From assembly GCA_902478645.1 (NCBI GenBank), contig CABSLV010000007.1:5504-69503 (forward strand): 64,000 bases of DNA, read 5' to 3'. The notes beneath the pieces were generated by a model. That model was given only the letters and a program-made list of their open reading frames with translations. It made no database searches and had not been told where the DNA came from. The stretch is from an uncultured Flavobacteriales bacterium. GTDB lineage: Bacteria > Bacteroidota > Bacteroidia > Flavobacteriales > UBA1820. Below, one piece after another: positions 31,495 through 41,376 of this stretch (its first letter is position 1; each line of letters starts with the position of its first letter). The translations under genes and the position numbers were made by a program.

Positions 31495-33063
31495 TTACGG
31501 CAAGTCGGTATAACCGTTCAGTTCGTCGTAAGCCGCCTTGACCAGCGAACGGTCGTCCGGGACATCCTGCCCGACTTCCCAGAACATGATGCCTCCTACT
31601 CCCTGGTCGATGCAGTAGCGCGTTTTCTTTTGAACGAAGGTACGTCCGTTGTAGTACACGTCGCCCGTATAGGACGAGGAGCTCACATGCGCCTTGTAGC
31701 CGTCCGGATCGCCACCCTGAGCGAGAATGCCGGCATAGGTGAATGCCTTTCCGTTGTTTTGGCTGTCAGACGGACGGCCATAGACCGAAATACCCCCGAC
31801 GAACTTGTATTTGGGCATCGATCGTTTGACCACCCAGTAATTGTACGAGATGGTCAACATCTCCAACGGCAGATCCTCCGGTTTCTTGTCGGCCCACCCC
31901 AGGTACGAGTCGTAGCACATGATATTGAACCAGTCCACATAGTCGAAGCATTCGGTTTCGATACCGTTGGACACCGCACCCTCGTACACTCCAGGGGTGA
32001 TGGCCATCGTGAGCAGTTTGTTCACTGCAGGGTCGTGCAGCCAGGAGCTCAACTCGCGCATCAGTGCCGTATTGCCCGTATGCGAGTTGTCCGAAGTCTT
32101 GGGGTATTCCCAGTCGTTGTCCACCCCATCGAGATCATACGTCTCCACGATGGTTTTGAGCGAAGCGATGAACTTAGCCCGATTTTCCGGGGAGGCCACC
32201 ATCTTGACGTATTTCTCATGAGAACTTCCGCCGCCATAGAAGCAGATCACCACCTTCACACCCAACGACTTGCAACGATCGACCAGTTGCTGGAACTTGG
32301 CCGGCTGCTGGATGGTGAGCGTATAGTCGTCGTTCATCTCGGCAAAAGCATAACAAGCCACATCCAGCATCTGGAGATATTCGTCCGACATGGCCGTTAT
32401 GCTGCGGTACGAGGGGAAATAACCCACTTTCTGGAACTTGGTATTCTTCGGGGCTTTGTACAACTGTTTTACTTCCAAGGTAAACTCGGCCTTGATCTCA
32501 GGATGCTCCTTGACCGTAACCGTGATGATGGTCGTTCCGGCTTCCAGAGCCGTGATGTATCCCGTCTGGGTGATCGTAGCTACCTCAGGCTGGGAACTGG
32601 TGTACTCCACCGCCCCGCTTTCCGTTGCATTCTCGGGCAGGACTCGCGTAGAAACCGAGAAGGTCTGCCCGATAAAGAGGGATGCTACCTTTTCGGTAAA
32701 CTCCACCCCGGTGATCCGGATGGTCTCCACCGTCAGGGTAAACTCGGCCTTGACCTCCGGACGGTCTTTCAGGCTCACCGTGATCACGGTCTGGCCATCC
32801 TGGAGAGCGGTTACCGTCCCCTGGGCATCGACGGAGGCTACCGTGGGCTTCGAACTGGTGAATACCAGCGTGTAAGGCTCGTCCGCCCCGGCCGGGAATG
32901 TCTTCACCTGCAGTTTGTGCGTCTGGCCGGGCGCCATCGAGGAAGGGGCTCCGGAGAACGACAAGGACGAAATCTGGGTAAACTTGTCTTCCTTGGCGCA
33001 GGAGGTCAGCAGCCCCATGGCGGACACTAACCCCAACAGGTACAAAAACAGTCGTTTTGTCAT
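31495..33063 (-). CDS. Lipoprotein with two Ig-like (Big_2-type) repeats plus a GH18 catalytic domain (GH18-D)
   Basis: ORF 31495..33207 trimmed to MTKRLFLYLLGLVSAMGLLTSC (the same start as GH18-C); 522 aa; catalytic LDGVDNDWEYP. Confidence 0.85.
   Translation of the reverse strand: MTKRLFLYLLGLVSAMGLLTSCAKEDKFTQISSLSFSGAPSSMAPGQTHKLQVKTFPAGADEPYTLVFTSSKPTVASVDAQGTVTALQDGQTVITVSLKDRPEVKAEFTLTVETIRITGVEFTEKVASLFIGQTFSVSTRVLPENATESGAVEYTSSQPEVATITQTGYITALEAGTTIITVTVKEHPEIKAEFTLEVKQLYKAPKNTKFQKVGYFPSYRSITAMSDEYLQMLDVACYAFAEMNDDYTLTIQQPAKFQQLVDRCKSLGVKVVICFYGGGSSHEKYVKMVASPENRAKFIASLKTIVETYDLDGVDNDWEYPKTSDNSHTGNTALMRELSSWLHDPAVNKLLTMAITPGVYEGAVSNGIETECFDYVDWFNIMCYDSYLGWADKKPEDLPLEMLTISYNYWVVKRSMPKYKFVGGISVYGRPSDSQNNGKAFTYAGILAQGGDPDGYKAHVSSSSYTGDVYYNGRTFVQKKTRYCIDQGVGGIMFWEVGQDVPDDRSLVKAAYDELNGYTDLP
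32705..32886. repeat. 182-nt block 100% identical to 30885..31066 (copy 2, inside GH18-D)
   Basis: Same comparison as for copy 1. Confidence 0.9.
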
Positions 33064-33320
33064 CTTTTTTTGTTTTTTAGTGGTTGTTATGATGTTTTGT
33101 TTCTCTGATAGGCATGTTCCGGAATCCCACGTGCCCTTTCGGACTCCCCGTCCCTGACAAAATATCCCGCCGAATGCCCTTTCGCCTATCTCCTTGCATC
33201 CCTGCAAAGAAACATGCGAAAAAACATTCGGCGGGACAAGATTGAGTTTATCAAGACAGAGGCGGCCACGGGCAATTACTTTGTCGTTCCGTATCTGAGC
33301 GGAGATAAAGTTATGTGGTT

Positions 33321-34973
33321 CTATTCCCTCATGGACTTGTAGGCATTGATCAGCCCGTTGGTCGAACTGTCGTGCGAAGCCACAGGACGATCGTCGCGCA
33401 ATTCGGGAAGGATCCTTCCGGCCAGTTGTTTACCCAGTTCCACACCCCACTGGTCGAACGAGAAGATATTCCAGATGACCCCCTGCACGAAGATCTTGTG
33501 CTCGTACATGGCGATCAGCGACCCGAGGGTACGGGGAGTGAGCATCGGGAAGAGAATGGAATTGGTCGGGCGGTTGCCGTCGAATATCTTGTATTCTTTC
33601 AGGAAGTCGATCTCCTGCTGTGTCTTGCCAGCCTGACGGAGTTCCTCTACCACCACTTCTTCGGATTTGCCGAAAGCCAGCGCCTCGGTCTGGGCGAAGA
33701 AATTGGACAGGAGTTTGAGATGATGATCGCCTACCGGGTTGAGCGAACGGGCCGGTGCAAGAAAATCGGCCGGGATGAGTTTTGTCCCCTGATGGATCAG
33801 CTGGTAGAAGGCATGCTGGCCGTTGGTGCCGGGTTCTCCCCAGACGATGGGACCGCTCTGGTAATCCAGCGGCTGACCGTCGCGGCTCACCGACTTGCCG
33901 TTGGACTCCATGTTCCCCTGCTGGAAATAGGCGGCAAAACGGTGCAGGTACTGGTCGTAGGGCAGGATGGCCTCGGTCTCGGCACCGAAAAAGTCCGTGT
34001 ACCAAATCCCGATGAGTGCCAGGGTAACCGGTATGTTCTTTTCGAAAGGCGCCGTGCGGAAATGTCGGTCCATCTCGAAAGCTCCCTCAAGCAACTCCTC
34101 GAAACGCTCGAAACCCACCGCCAGTGCTATCGACAAACCGATCGCGCTCCAGAGCGAATACCGGCCGCCGACCCAGTCCCAAAATTCGAACATGTTGGCC
34201 GTATCGATGCCGAACTTTTCCACTTCCGCCGCATTGGTGGACAACGCCACAAAATGCCGCGCCACATCCTGGTGCCGGGCTCCGGAAGCGAGGAACCAAT
34301 CCTTGGCCGTGTGGGCGTTAGTCATCGTCTCCTGCGTGGTGAAAGTCTTGGAGGCGATGATGAACAGCGTGGTCTCGGGATCCAATCCCCGCAGCGTTTC
34401 CATGATATGCGTCCCGTCCACATTGGAGACGAAATGCATGTTGAGCCTGGTACGGTAATATTTCAAAGCCTCGCATACCATGTTGGGGCCCAGGTCCGAC
34501 CCGCCGATGCCGATATTGACCACATCGGTAATCTCCCGCCCGGTATAGCCTTTCCACTGTCCGTCGATGACCTTTTGGGAAACATCCTTCATCTGTCCCA
34601 ATACGCGGTTCACGTCGGGCATCACATCGCGGCCATCGACATACACCGGAGTATTGGCCCGGTTACGTAAGGCCGTGTGCAACACCGCACGGTTTTCCGT
34701 CTGGTTGATCTTATCGCCGGTAAACATCTTTTCGATGGCATCGCCCACTTCCGTCTCACGAGCCAAGTCGTAGAGCAGGCGCATCGTCTTGTCGGTAACC
34801 AGGTTTTTGGAAAAATCCACCAGGAGATCGCAAGCCTGAAGATGGTATTTGTCGAAACGGGAAGGATCGGTTGCGAAGAGTTCCGAGAGGGAAGTATCGT
34901 CCAGTTCGTCGATGTGTGTTTCGAGTTCCTCCCAAGCGCGGGTGGTCGTCGGATGGATGGTTTTCAAAGGCAT
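33321..34973 (-). CDS. pgi: Glucose-6-phosphate isomerase
   Basis: 550 aa; PGI signatures [15 protein letters not shown] and [30 protein letters not shown]. Confidence 0.95.
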   Translation of the reverse strand: MPLKTIHPTTTRAWEELETHIDELDDTSLSELFATDPSRFDKYHLQACDLLVDFSKNLVTDKTMRLLYDLARETEVGDAIEKMFTGDKINQTENRAVLHTALRNRANTPVYVDGRDVMPDVNRVLGQMKDVSQKVIDGQWKGYTGREITDVVNIGIGGSDLGPNMVCEALKYYRTRLNMHFVSNVDGTHIMETLRGLDPETTLFIIASKTFTTQETMTNAHTAKDWFLASGARHQDVARHFVALSTNAAEVEKFGIDTANMFEFWDWVGGRYSLWSAIGLSIALAVGFERFEELLEGAFEMDRHFRTAPFEKNIPVTLALIGIWYTDFFGAETEAILPYDQYLHRFAAYFQQGNMESNGKSVSRDGQPLDYQSGPIVWGEPGTNGQHAFYQLIHQGTKLIPADFLAPARSLNPVGDHHLKLLSNFFAQTEALAFGKSEEVVVEELRQAGKTQQEIDFLKEYKIFDGNRPTNSILFPMLTPRTLGSLIAMYEHKIFVQGVIWNIFSFDQWGVELGKQLAGRILPELRDDRPVASHDSSTNGLINAYKSMRE

Positions 34974-35021
34974 AAGGTCAGTAGTATTTGTATTCTGGCA
35001 CTAAAAATAGCATAAAAAAGC

Positions 35022-35029
35022 TATATTTG
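35022..35029 (+). promoter_or_regulatory. -7 box TATATTTG upstream of comF
   Basis: Matches TAnnTTTG; 56 nt upstream of the ATG at 35085. Confidence 0.35.
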
Positions 35030-35084
35030 TTCTTAAAAAAACACCCTCGCCTCATTTTTTTCGCTCCCCCGAAAAGCCCCGGCC

Positions 35085-35801
35085 ATGAACCCCCTGCAAA
35101 CTCTCGGCAAGACTCTCTCCCGGCTCTGCACCGATATGATGAGCGTAGTAGCTCCCCCGGTGTGCCCGGTATGCGGAGCGGTGCTCGTACAAGGGGAGGA
35201 ACACCTGTGCGCCGGATGCCTCTCCCGCCTGGAACACACCGGATACGCCACCGTCCCCGGCAATCCCATGGAGCAACGCCTGGAACGCCTCACCGGAAGA
35301 CACGTCCCCGCCCTGGCACTCTCGGTGTACACCCACGGAGAAGTATCGGGCCGGATGGTCGCCGCCTTCAAATACGGTGGGGCGCGCACCCTGGCCGTGT
35401 ACGCCGGCGAGCTCCTCGGGGAAGTGCTCCAGGCCTCGGGCCGCTTCGAAGGATACCACGCCCTCGTCCCCGTTCCTCTGCACCCCCGCCGCCAGCGCAG
35501 CCGGGGATACAACCAGGCCGCCGAATTGTGCCGGGGCATGCAGCACACCTGCGGAATCCCCCTCGAAGAACTGCTGGTGCGCACCCACGCCACCCGCCAG
35601 CAAGCCTCCTTGGGGCGGCAGGCACGCTTGCAGAATCTTCAGCACGTCTTTGCCGTGCGGAAAGGCACCCATGTACAAAACGGACGGTACATCCTGGTGG
35701 ACGATGTCTTCACCACCGGCATGACTACCGCCACGGCCGTCGATGCCTTGTATCGCGCCGGAGCACGGGAAGTCGCGGTGGCCTGCTTGTGCGCCGGGTG
35801 A
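35085..35801 (+). CDS. comF: ComF-family phosphoribosyltransferase
   Basis: 238 aa; N-terminal Cys4 ribbon PPVCPVCG...CAGCLSRL; PRTase motif ILVDDVFTTGMT. Confidence 0.85.
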   Translation: MNPLQTLGKTLSRLCTDMMSVVAPPVCPVCGAVLVQGEEHLCAGCLSRLEHTGYATVPGNPMEQRLERLTGRHVPALALSVYTHGEVSGRMVAAFKYGGARTLAVYAGELLGEVLQASGRFEGYHALVPVPLHPRRQRSRGYNQAAELCRGMQHTCGIPLEELLVRTHATRQQASLGRQARLQNLQHVFAVRKGTHVQNGRYILVDDVFTTGMTTATAVDALYRAGAREVAVACLCAG

Positions 35802-35873
35802 TCTTTTTGAACGAAACGGCTGCTTCGGCTTCTTATTGCTTTTGCTCTTTCGCCCTCTTGCTTTCCCCTATGC

Positions 35874-35912
35874 CGATAAAAACGAAAACCGCCCGAGGCA
35901 GACCCGGGCGGT
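35874..35912 (-). terminator. Terminator after the DUF4293 gene (the hairpin may also serve convergent comF)
   Basis: ACCGCCCG aggcagac CGGGCGGT; minus-strand T-tract TTTCGTTTTTATC follows. Confidence 0.6.
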
Positions 35913-35941
35913 AACGCATTTAACTAAGTATCGTTATGTCC

Positions 35942-36343
35942 TCATCGCAATCGGTCGGCCGATTTTACGATCCGCAGGTCCTTTTTTACGGCACGCGAAG
36001 CGCACAGCGCAGCGACCGTAGAAGCGAAAAGCAGCAAAAGGCCCCACGTCTCAATACCCTTCTCAGGGGACGAAGCCCCTCCGGATAGATTCAGCCCGCG
36101 AAGAACGAAGATGACAAAAACAATCGCATTGATCAGGATAACCATCCGTGCCAACACGTGCTGGAGGGCAAGGTGCTTGAACAGAAAGATGGTTACCAGC
36201 GACACAGCGGCCGAAATCCATATCAAGACCTCAGCCAGGGAGTTGTCGGCCACCCACCGGGGGGAGAAACCCCACAGGACAGACCCCGCCGCCAGCAGAG
36301 CTGCTGCCAGAAAATAAAGTGCCTGTACCCGTTGCAGGATCAT
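35942..36343 (-). CDS. DUF4293-family membrane protein
   Basis: ORF trimmed to MILQRVQALYFLAAALL (typical DUF4293 N-terminus); four hydrophobic helices. Confidence 0.6.
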   Translation of the reverse strand: MILQRVQALYFLAAALLAAGSVLWGFSPRWVADNSLAEVLIWISAAVSLVTIFLFKHLALQHVLARMVILINAIVFVIFVLRGLNLSGGASSPEKGIETWGLLLLFASTVAALCASRAVKKDLRIVKSADRLR

Positions 36344-36616
36344 CCGATGGATTCCGATTGGTTTTTCGGGTACAAATATAGTGAAAGGCGAGCGCAGCAG
36401 CAAATCGAAAACAACGTTTTCGCATTTGACAAATGCCGAAGACCCATGAAAAAACAGAATAAAATATTGGCCTCTTTCCTTATTTTTTCTCTAAATTAGA
36501 AACCGATATGCCACCCGGCCCTACTCCGGCCGACTTCAATGGCTGAAACAGGAGGAGGCACGTCTCTTTCACCGAAAAACTACCAGAAACAAATCCTCAC
36601 ACCAATCATTGACATC

Positions 36617-37270
36617 ATGAAAAACAAGTACTTTTTAGAGGCTCTCGGCACCATGGTACTGGTGCTGATGGGCTGCGGCGCTGCCGTGATGAACGGTGGT
36701 GCATCCACTGTAGCTGCGGTACTGACCATTGCCTTTGCCTTCGGACTTTCGGTCGTCGCCATGGCTTATGCCATCGGGCCTGTGACGGGATGCCACATTA
36801 ACCCTGCCATTACGCTCGGAGTATGGCTTTCCGGCCGGATGAAAACCGGCGAAGCATTGGGTTACATGGCGGCACAAGTCGTCGGCGGGATCGTTGGCTC
36901 GGCTATTCTCTATGCCCTCACACACAGTGGGAATACGGTCATCGAAGCGACGGGAGCCAACAGTTTTGCCGAGGGGCAGCTCGTTCCGGCTCTGATCGCC
37001 GAGATCGTATTTACCTTTATCTTCGTATTCGTGGTGCTGCGCTCCACCGCCCAAAAGAACGGAGCCGGCAATTTTGCCGGTTTGGCCATCGGCCTGATGC
37101 TGGTCCTGGTACACATCGTCTGCATCCCCGTTACCGGTACTTCGGTCAATCCGGCGCGTTCGATAGGGCCGGCTCTTTTTGAAGGCGGAGTTGCCCTCCA
37201 ACAGCTTTGGCTCTTTATCGTAGCTCCCCTGATCGGCGGCGCACTGGCCGCCCTGGTAGGCAAGGAATAG
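36617..37270 (+). CDS. aqpZ: Aquaporin Z
   Basis: ORF trimmed to MKNKYFLEALGT; two NPA boxes (HINPAITLG, SVNPARSIG). Confidence 0.9.
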   Translation: MKNKYFLEALGTMVLVLMGCGAAVMNGGASTVAAVLTIAFAFGLSVVAMAYAIGPVTGCHINPAITLGVWLSGRMKTGEALGYMAAQVVGGIVGSAILYALTHSGNTVIEATGANSFAEGQLVPALIAEIVFTFIFVFVVLRSTAQKNGAGNFAGLAIGLMLVLVHIVCIPVTGTSVNPARSIGPALFEGGVALQQLWLFIVAPLIGGALAALVGKE

Positions 37271-37291
37271 CCAGCAGACCTTCACCCACCC

Positions 37292-37331
37292 AAAAGCGGC
37301 GGCATTCCGGGTCCGGAATGCCGCCGCTTTT
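37292..37331. terminator. Bidirectional terminator between convergent aqpZ and yidD
   Basis: AAAAGCGGCGGCATTCCGG gt CCGGAATGCCGCCGCTTTT, a perfect 19-bp arm palindrome with A/T runs on both sides. Confidence 0.85.
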
Positions 37332-37475
37332 GCATATTGCCGATAAATCCTTCTCCTTCTCTTTTCCCCAAACCCATACACTCCTTCCGTCCCGAAAGCA
37401 AACCAAACCTTCTCCTCGGGAAACACGAGAAACAACCCTCCAAATACCCCACCGCCTTACAGAGAAGGAAAAACG

Positions 37476-37697
37476 CTACGGTACCGGATCGTAACCCGAC
37501 CCGCCCCACGGATTGCACCGCAGGATACGCCGCAGCGCCAGCCACGAACCCTTGAGCAGCCCGTGCTTTTGCAACGCCTGGATCGCATACGCCGAACAAG
37601 TGGGCGTGTAGCGGCAGTTCGCCCCCAGATGCGGGGAAATAACCTGTTGGTAAAAACGGATCAGCAGGATCAGCGGATAGGTCAGTACGCGCTTCAT
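37476..37697 (-). CDS. yidD: Membrane protein insertion efficiency factor YidD
   Basis: ORF trimmed to [17 protein letters not shown]; signature [21 protein letters not shown]. The ATG overlaps the cysS stop (ATGA). Confidence 0.85.
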   Translation of the reverse strand: MKRVLTYPLILLIRFYQQVISPHLGANCRYTPTCSAYAIQALQKHGLLKGSWLALRRILRCNPWGGSGYDPVP

Positions 37698-39196
37698 CGT
37701 TCGATGGAATAGGTCGTACCGTCCTTGCCATCCTTCAGGGCGATGCCCAAGGCAGCCAGACGGTCGCGTATCCGGTCGGAAAGTGCCCAATCGCGCGCCG
37801 CACGGGCCGCATTGCGCTCTTCGATGAACAGACCGATCAACGCATCGGTGAGCCCCTGGTCGCCGGCCCGGTCGATGTTTTCGATGCCCATCACCTGATA
37901 GACGAATCCCTCGAAGGTCTGGCGCAGCAGAGCGATGTCATCGGCCGTAAAGCCCGCTTTGCCGTCGTAGGCCTTGTTGATCTCGCCTACCGCCTCGAAC
38001 AGGTGTGCGATGAGTACCGGAGTGTTGAAGTCGTCGTTCATCGCAGCAAAGCAACGCTCGCGCCAAGCCCCTACGTCGAACGTGCTTTCCGCAGAGGGTT
38101 TGAGAGCCGAAATGCGGTCGATGCCTTCCATCAAGCGGTAGTAGCCTTTCTCGGCCGCCTCCAGCGCATCCGACGAGAAGTCCAACACCGAGCGGTAATG
38201 CGCCTGCATGACGAAAAAGCGCACCACGGCCGGCGGGAAAGCTTTGGTGAGGATGTGGTTCTCGCCGGTGAAAAGTTCGTCGGGATTCAGGATATTGCCG
38301 GTGGACTTGCTCATTCTCCTCCCGTTGAGGGTCAGCATATTGGCATGCAGCCAATAGCGGGCACCCCGGCTGTGGTTATGTACCTGGTTTTGGGCGATTT
38401 CGCATTCGTGATGCGGGAACTTCAGATCCATCCCCCCGCCATGTATGTCGAAGGTCTCTCCCAGATACTTGGTACTCATGGCCGAGCATTCCAAATGCCA
38501 ACCGGGGAAGCCTTCGCTCCACGGCGAGGGCCAATGCATGATGTGCAGCGGGGAAGCTTTTTTCCACAGGGCAAAATCGCGGGGAGAACGCTTCTCGTGC
38601 TGGCCTTCCAGTTCGCGTGTAGCGTCCATCAGTTCGTCGATGTTGCGTCCCGAGAGTTCCCCGTAAGGCCCGGCCCCGAAGGGATGCTCGCGGTTGTATT
38701 TTTCCACGTCGAAATACACCGATCCGTTCGACACGTAGGCATAACCCTTGTCCAGGATGTCCTGCGTGATGGCGATCTGTTCGAGGATATGCCCGGTGGC
38801 CGTCGGTTCGATGGAAGGGGGCAGGTTGCCCAAAAGGCGCATCACCCGGTGGAAATCCTCGGTGTAGCGCTGGACGACCTCCATCGGTTCGAGTGCCTCC
38901 AGACGGGCTTTCTTGGCGATCTTGTCCTCGCCCTGGTCGGCATCGTTCTCCAGGTGTCCGGCATCGGTGATGTTGCGCACATAGCGCACCTTGTAACCCA
39001 GGAAGGTGAAATACCGGAATATCATATCGAACGACATGAAGGTGCGACAGTTGCCCAAGTGCACATTGGAATACACCGTCGGACCGCATACGTACATGCC
39101 CACCCGGCCTTCGACCGTGGGGACGAAACGTTCCTTTTTGCCCGTGAGGGAATTGTACACCCAGAGTTCGTTTTGCTGATACAGAGCTGTTGCCAT
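37694..39196 (-). CDS. cysS: Cysteinyl-tRNA synthetase
   Basis: 500 aa; class I motifs VHLGNCRTF (HIGH-type) and RMSKSTGN (KMSKS). Confidence 0.95.
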   Translation of the reverse strand: MATALYQQNELWVYNSLTGKKERFVPTVEGRVGMYVCGPTVYSNVHLGNCRTFMSFDMIFRYFTFLGYKVRYVRNITDAGHLENDADQGEDKIAKKARLEALEPMEVVQRYTEDFHRVMRLLGNLPPSIEPTATGHILEQIAITQDILDKGYAYVSNGSVYFDVEKYNREHPFGAGPYGELSGRNIDELMDATRELEGQHEKRSPRDFALWKKASPLHIMHWPSPWSEGFPGWHLECSAMSTKYLGETFDIHGGGMDLKFPHHECEIAQNQVHNHSRGARYWLHANMLTLNGRRMSKSTGNILNPDELFTGENHILTKAFPPAVVRFFVMQAHYRSVLDFSSDALEAAEKGYYRLMEGIDRISALKPSAESTFDVGAWRERCFAAMNDDFNTPVLIAHLFEAVGEINKAYDGKAGFTADDIALLRQTFEGFVYQVMGIENIDRAGDQGLTDALIGLFIEERNAARAARDWALSDRIRDRLAALGIALKDGKDGTTYSIER

Positions 39197-39248
39197 CGTC
39201 TTGTCGTTCTTTTTGTTTGTTTGCTGAAAAATGGATCGAGCCGCTTTG

Positions 39249-39923
39249 CTACTGGTAACGGGTCTCCAGTTCGATAAAACGGAGGAATTCCCGACGGACG
39301 GCCTCGTCCTTGAAGGAGCCGCCGTATTCGGCCGTTACGGTAGCCGAAGCCACATCGCGGATGCCGCGCGAATTGACACACAAGTGCTTGGCATCGATCA
39401 CACAGGCTACATCCTCGGTGCCCAAGGCCTTCTGGAGTTCCCGGACGATCTGCATGGTCAGGCGTTCCTGCACCTGCGGACGGCGGGCATAATAGTCCAC
39501 GATGCGGTTCAACTTCGAAAGTCCGATCACCGACCCGTGCGAGATATAAGCCACGTGCGCCTTGCCTACGATGGGCAGAAAGTGATGCTCGCACGTGGAG
39601 TACAACGTGATGTTCTTTTCCACCAGCATCTGTCCGTAGCGGTATTTGTTTTCAAAGGAAGACATCCGCGGTTTTTTCTGCGGGTCCAGCCCGGAGAAAA
39701 TCTCCCGGACGTACATTTTGGCCACCCGATGCGGGGTATTGCGCAACGAGTCGTCCGTCAAGTCCAGCCCCAGGGTGTGCATGATATGACGGAAGTCTTT
39801 CTCGATGGCTTCTATCTTGTCCTCCTCGCTCATCTCGAACGCATCGGGACGCAGCGGGGTTGCTTCGGCGGGAGCCGCAGGGCAATCGCGGCATATTTTC
39901 GCCTTTTCCTGTTCCTTTTTCAT
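39249..39923 (-). CDS. folE: GTP cyclohydrolase I
   Basis: ORF trimmed to MKKEQEK (a -7 box lies 23 nt upstream); active-site block [19 protein letters not shown]. Confidence 0.9.
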   Translation of the reverse strand: MKKEQEKAKICRDCPAAPAEATPLRPDAFEMSEEDKIEAIEKDFRHIMHTLGLDLTDDSLRNTPHRVAKMYVREIFSGLDPQKKPRMSSFENKYRYGQMLVEKNITLYSTCEHHFLPIVGKAHVAYISHGSVIGLSKLNRIVDYYARRPQVQERLTMQIVRELQKALGTEDVACVIDAKHLCVNSRGIRDVASATVTAEYGGSFKDEAVRREFLRFIELETRYQ

Positions 39924-39945
39924 TTCTTTCTTCTGATACAAAATG

Positions 39946-39953
39946 CAAAGATA
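39946..39953 (-). promoter_or_regulatory. -7 box TATCTTTG upstream of folE
   Basis: The + strand reads CAAAGATA; its position supports the 39923 start. Confidence 0.45.
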
Positions 39954-40167
39954 GTGAAAGCCGAGTGCAAAGCCGCGAGGGGAAACGAAGTTTTTCCTCG
40001 GAGGTTTTTCCAAAGCACATGCTCATCTTACCCCCTTATCTTTCTCTGAAGGCTTTTTGAAAAAGCCGCATCCCCCCTCCCACGAGCCAGCGCAGGAGGG
40101 AATTGAAACTTTTTCCCCTTTTTTCAGGTCTAATGAAGCGTAACCATCTTAAAAAAACACGCCAACC

Positions 40168-41223
40168 ATGAAATCTTCCGTACTTCCCCTCGCAGCAGCT
40201 TCCCTGCTCGCCGCATTGTCATTCACAGCCTGCCAACCCTCCGCCCCGCAAGACCCCTTTACCCGGACGCAACTTTTGCAGGCGGACAGCATCCGCATCG
40301 AACAAGTCCTCTCGCCCCGCACGTGGACCGTGGCCGACGATCGGGCGATCGTCGCCTCCTTGTCCCAAGATTCGGTACTCTATGCGTACCGCCTGCCCGA
40401 CTTCGAATACCTTTACAGCGGACTTCGCGCCGGAGGAGGACCGGACGAACTGTCGAACATCTACGGGAGCTTCCTGCGAAGCTATCCCGACGGGACCTTC
40501 GTGCTGGAAGATTACGGGCGGCGGAACATGATCCTGCACGCCGCAGACAAAGACTTTGCCCTGTTGCGCACGGCTTCCACCCGGCAAAAGACCGCCCGGG
40601 ACGGGGATCCCGTCCCGGGCGACTCGGTGTACGCTGCGGTGGACTACCCCCCTTGTGAACAAGGATCCGCTCCGGGGCGCCTGCTGCTGCAGGACTTCTA
40701 CGGACGGACACTCGATTCCGCCGCCTGCCGCTCGTTCGTCACCACCCTCACCCACGAGGGAGAACGATTTTCCATGGGGATGAACTGGCCCAACTTTGCC
40801 TACGCGGGGCAGACCCTCGCACTCGTCTATTACGAAACCGGACGAGTGGAATTTTACGACCTCTCCCGCGGAAAACTCTCCCTGAAAAAAGCCGCCGGCG
40901 ACTCCACCCCGGTAGAGGAACTGATGGAAGCCGACCTGACCCGGCGGAACTTCCAAGGGGTCAAGTACGACGCGATCGTCTCGGACGGAAAATATTTCTA
41001 CGTACTGGCCAACGATTACCGCTGCACCGGTCCCCAACCCGACCCGTCGAACATCCGCTTCACCTCCTGCATTCTGGTGTATTCCCGCCAGGGAACCCCG
41101 CTCAGGAAATACGCACTCGACCATCCGGCCAGCGACATTCTGGCCTATCGGGGTGCCATTTACGCTTACAACCGGTGGAAAGACTTCGAGCAGGTGTACG
41201 TCTACCGCCCGGATGAAAAATAA
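40168..41223 (+). CDS. Hypothetical lipoprotein (possibly beta-propeller type)
   Basis: 351 aa; lipobox LSFTAC. Repetitive Y/D/G-rich strands are reminiscent of Bacteroides 6-bladed beta-propeller lipoproteins; the function is not supported beyond that. Confidence 0.6.
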   Translation: MKSSVLPLAAASLLAALSFTACQPSAPQDPFTRTQLLQADSIRIEQVLSPRTWTVADDRAIVASLSQDSVLYAYRLPDFEYLYSGLRAGGGPDELSNIYGSFLRSYPDGTFVLEDYGRRNMILHAADKDFALLRTASTRQKTARDGDPVPGDSVYAAVDYPPCEQGSAPGRLLLQDFYGRTLDSAACRSFVTTLTHEGERFSMGMNWPNFAYAGQTLALVYYETGRVEFYDLSRGKLSLKKAAGDSTPVEELMEADLTRRNFQGVKYDAIVSDGKYFYVLANDYRCTGPQPDPSNIRFTSCILVYSRQGTPLRKYALDHPASDILAYRGAIYAYNRWKDFEQVYVYRPDEK

Positions 41224-41301
41224 ATCCCACGCTCCAACCGGACATCCCGCACTCTCTCCCCACCCGAAAGAGGACATAAAGCAGTATTCCCTAAAAATCA
41301 C

Positions 41302-41309
41302 TACCTTTG
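41302..41309 (+). promoter_or_regulatory. -7 box TACCTTTG upstream of argS
   Basis: Matches TAnnTTTG; 68 nt before the ATG at 41377. Confidence 0.4.
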
Positions 41310-41376
41310 TCCCCGCGCACAAAAAGCGCACTCACCACAAAAAAAACACATCATACACAAACGATACGACAGTTTT

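Noticed and set aside
27445-33063. Interpreting the GH18 array as a polysaccharide utilisation locus.
   Set aside because: No SusC/SusD pair, hybrid two-component sensor or ECF/anti-sigma pair lies adjacent. The only TonB-dependent receptor (60122..63412) is 27 kb away, has no SusD partner and is flanked by housekeeping genes.
34996-35012. Sigma-54-like promoter TGGCAC-N-..AGCA upstream of comF; worth a look because rpoN is in the window.
   Set aside because: The GG-to-GC spacing is 11 nt rather than the required 10, and the -12 element is not TTGC. A standard TATATTTG -7 box sits 10 nt downstream.
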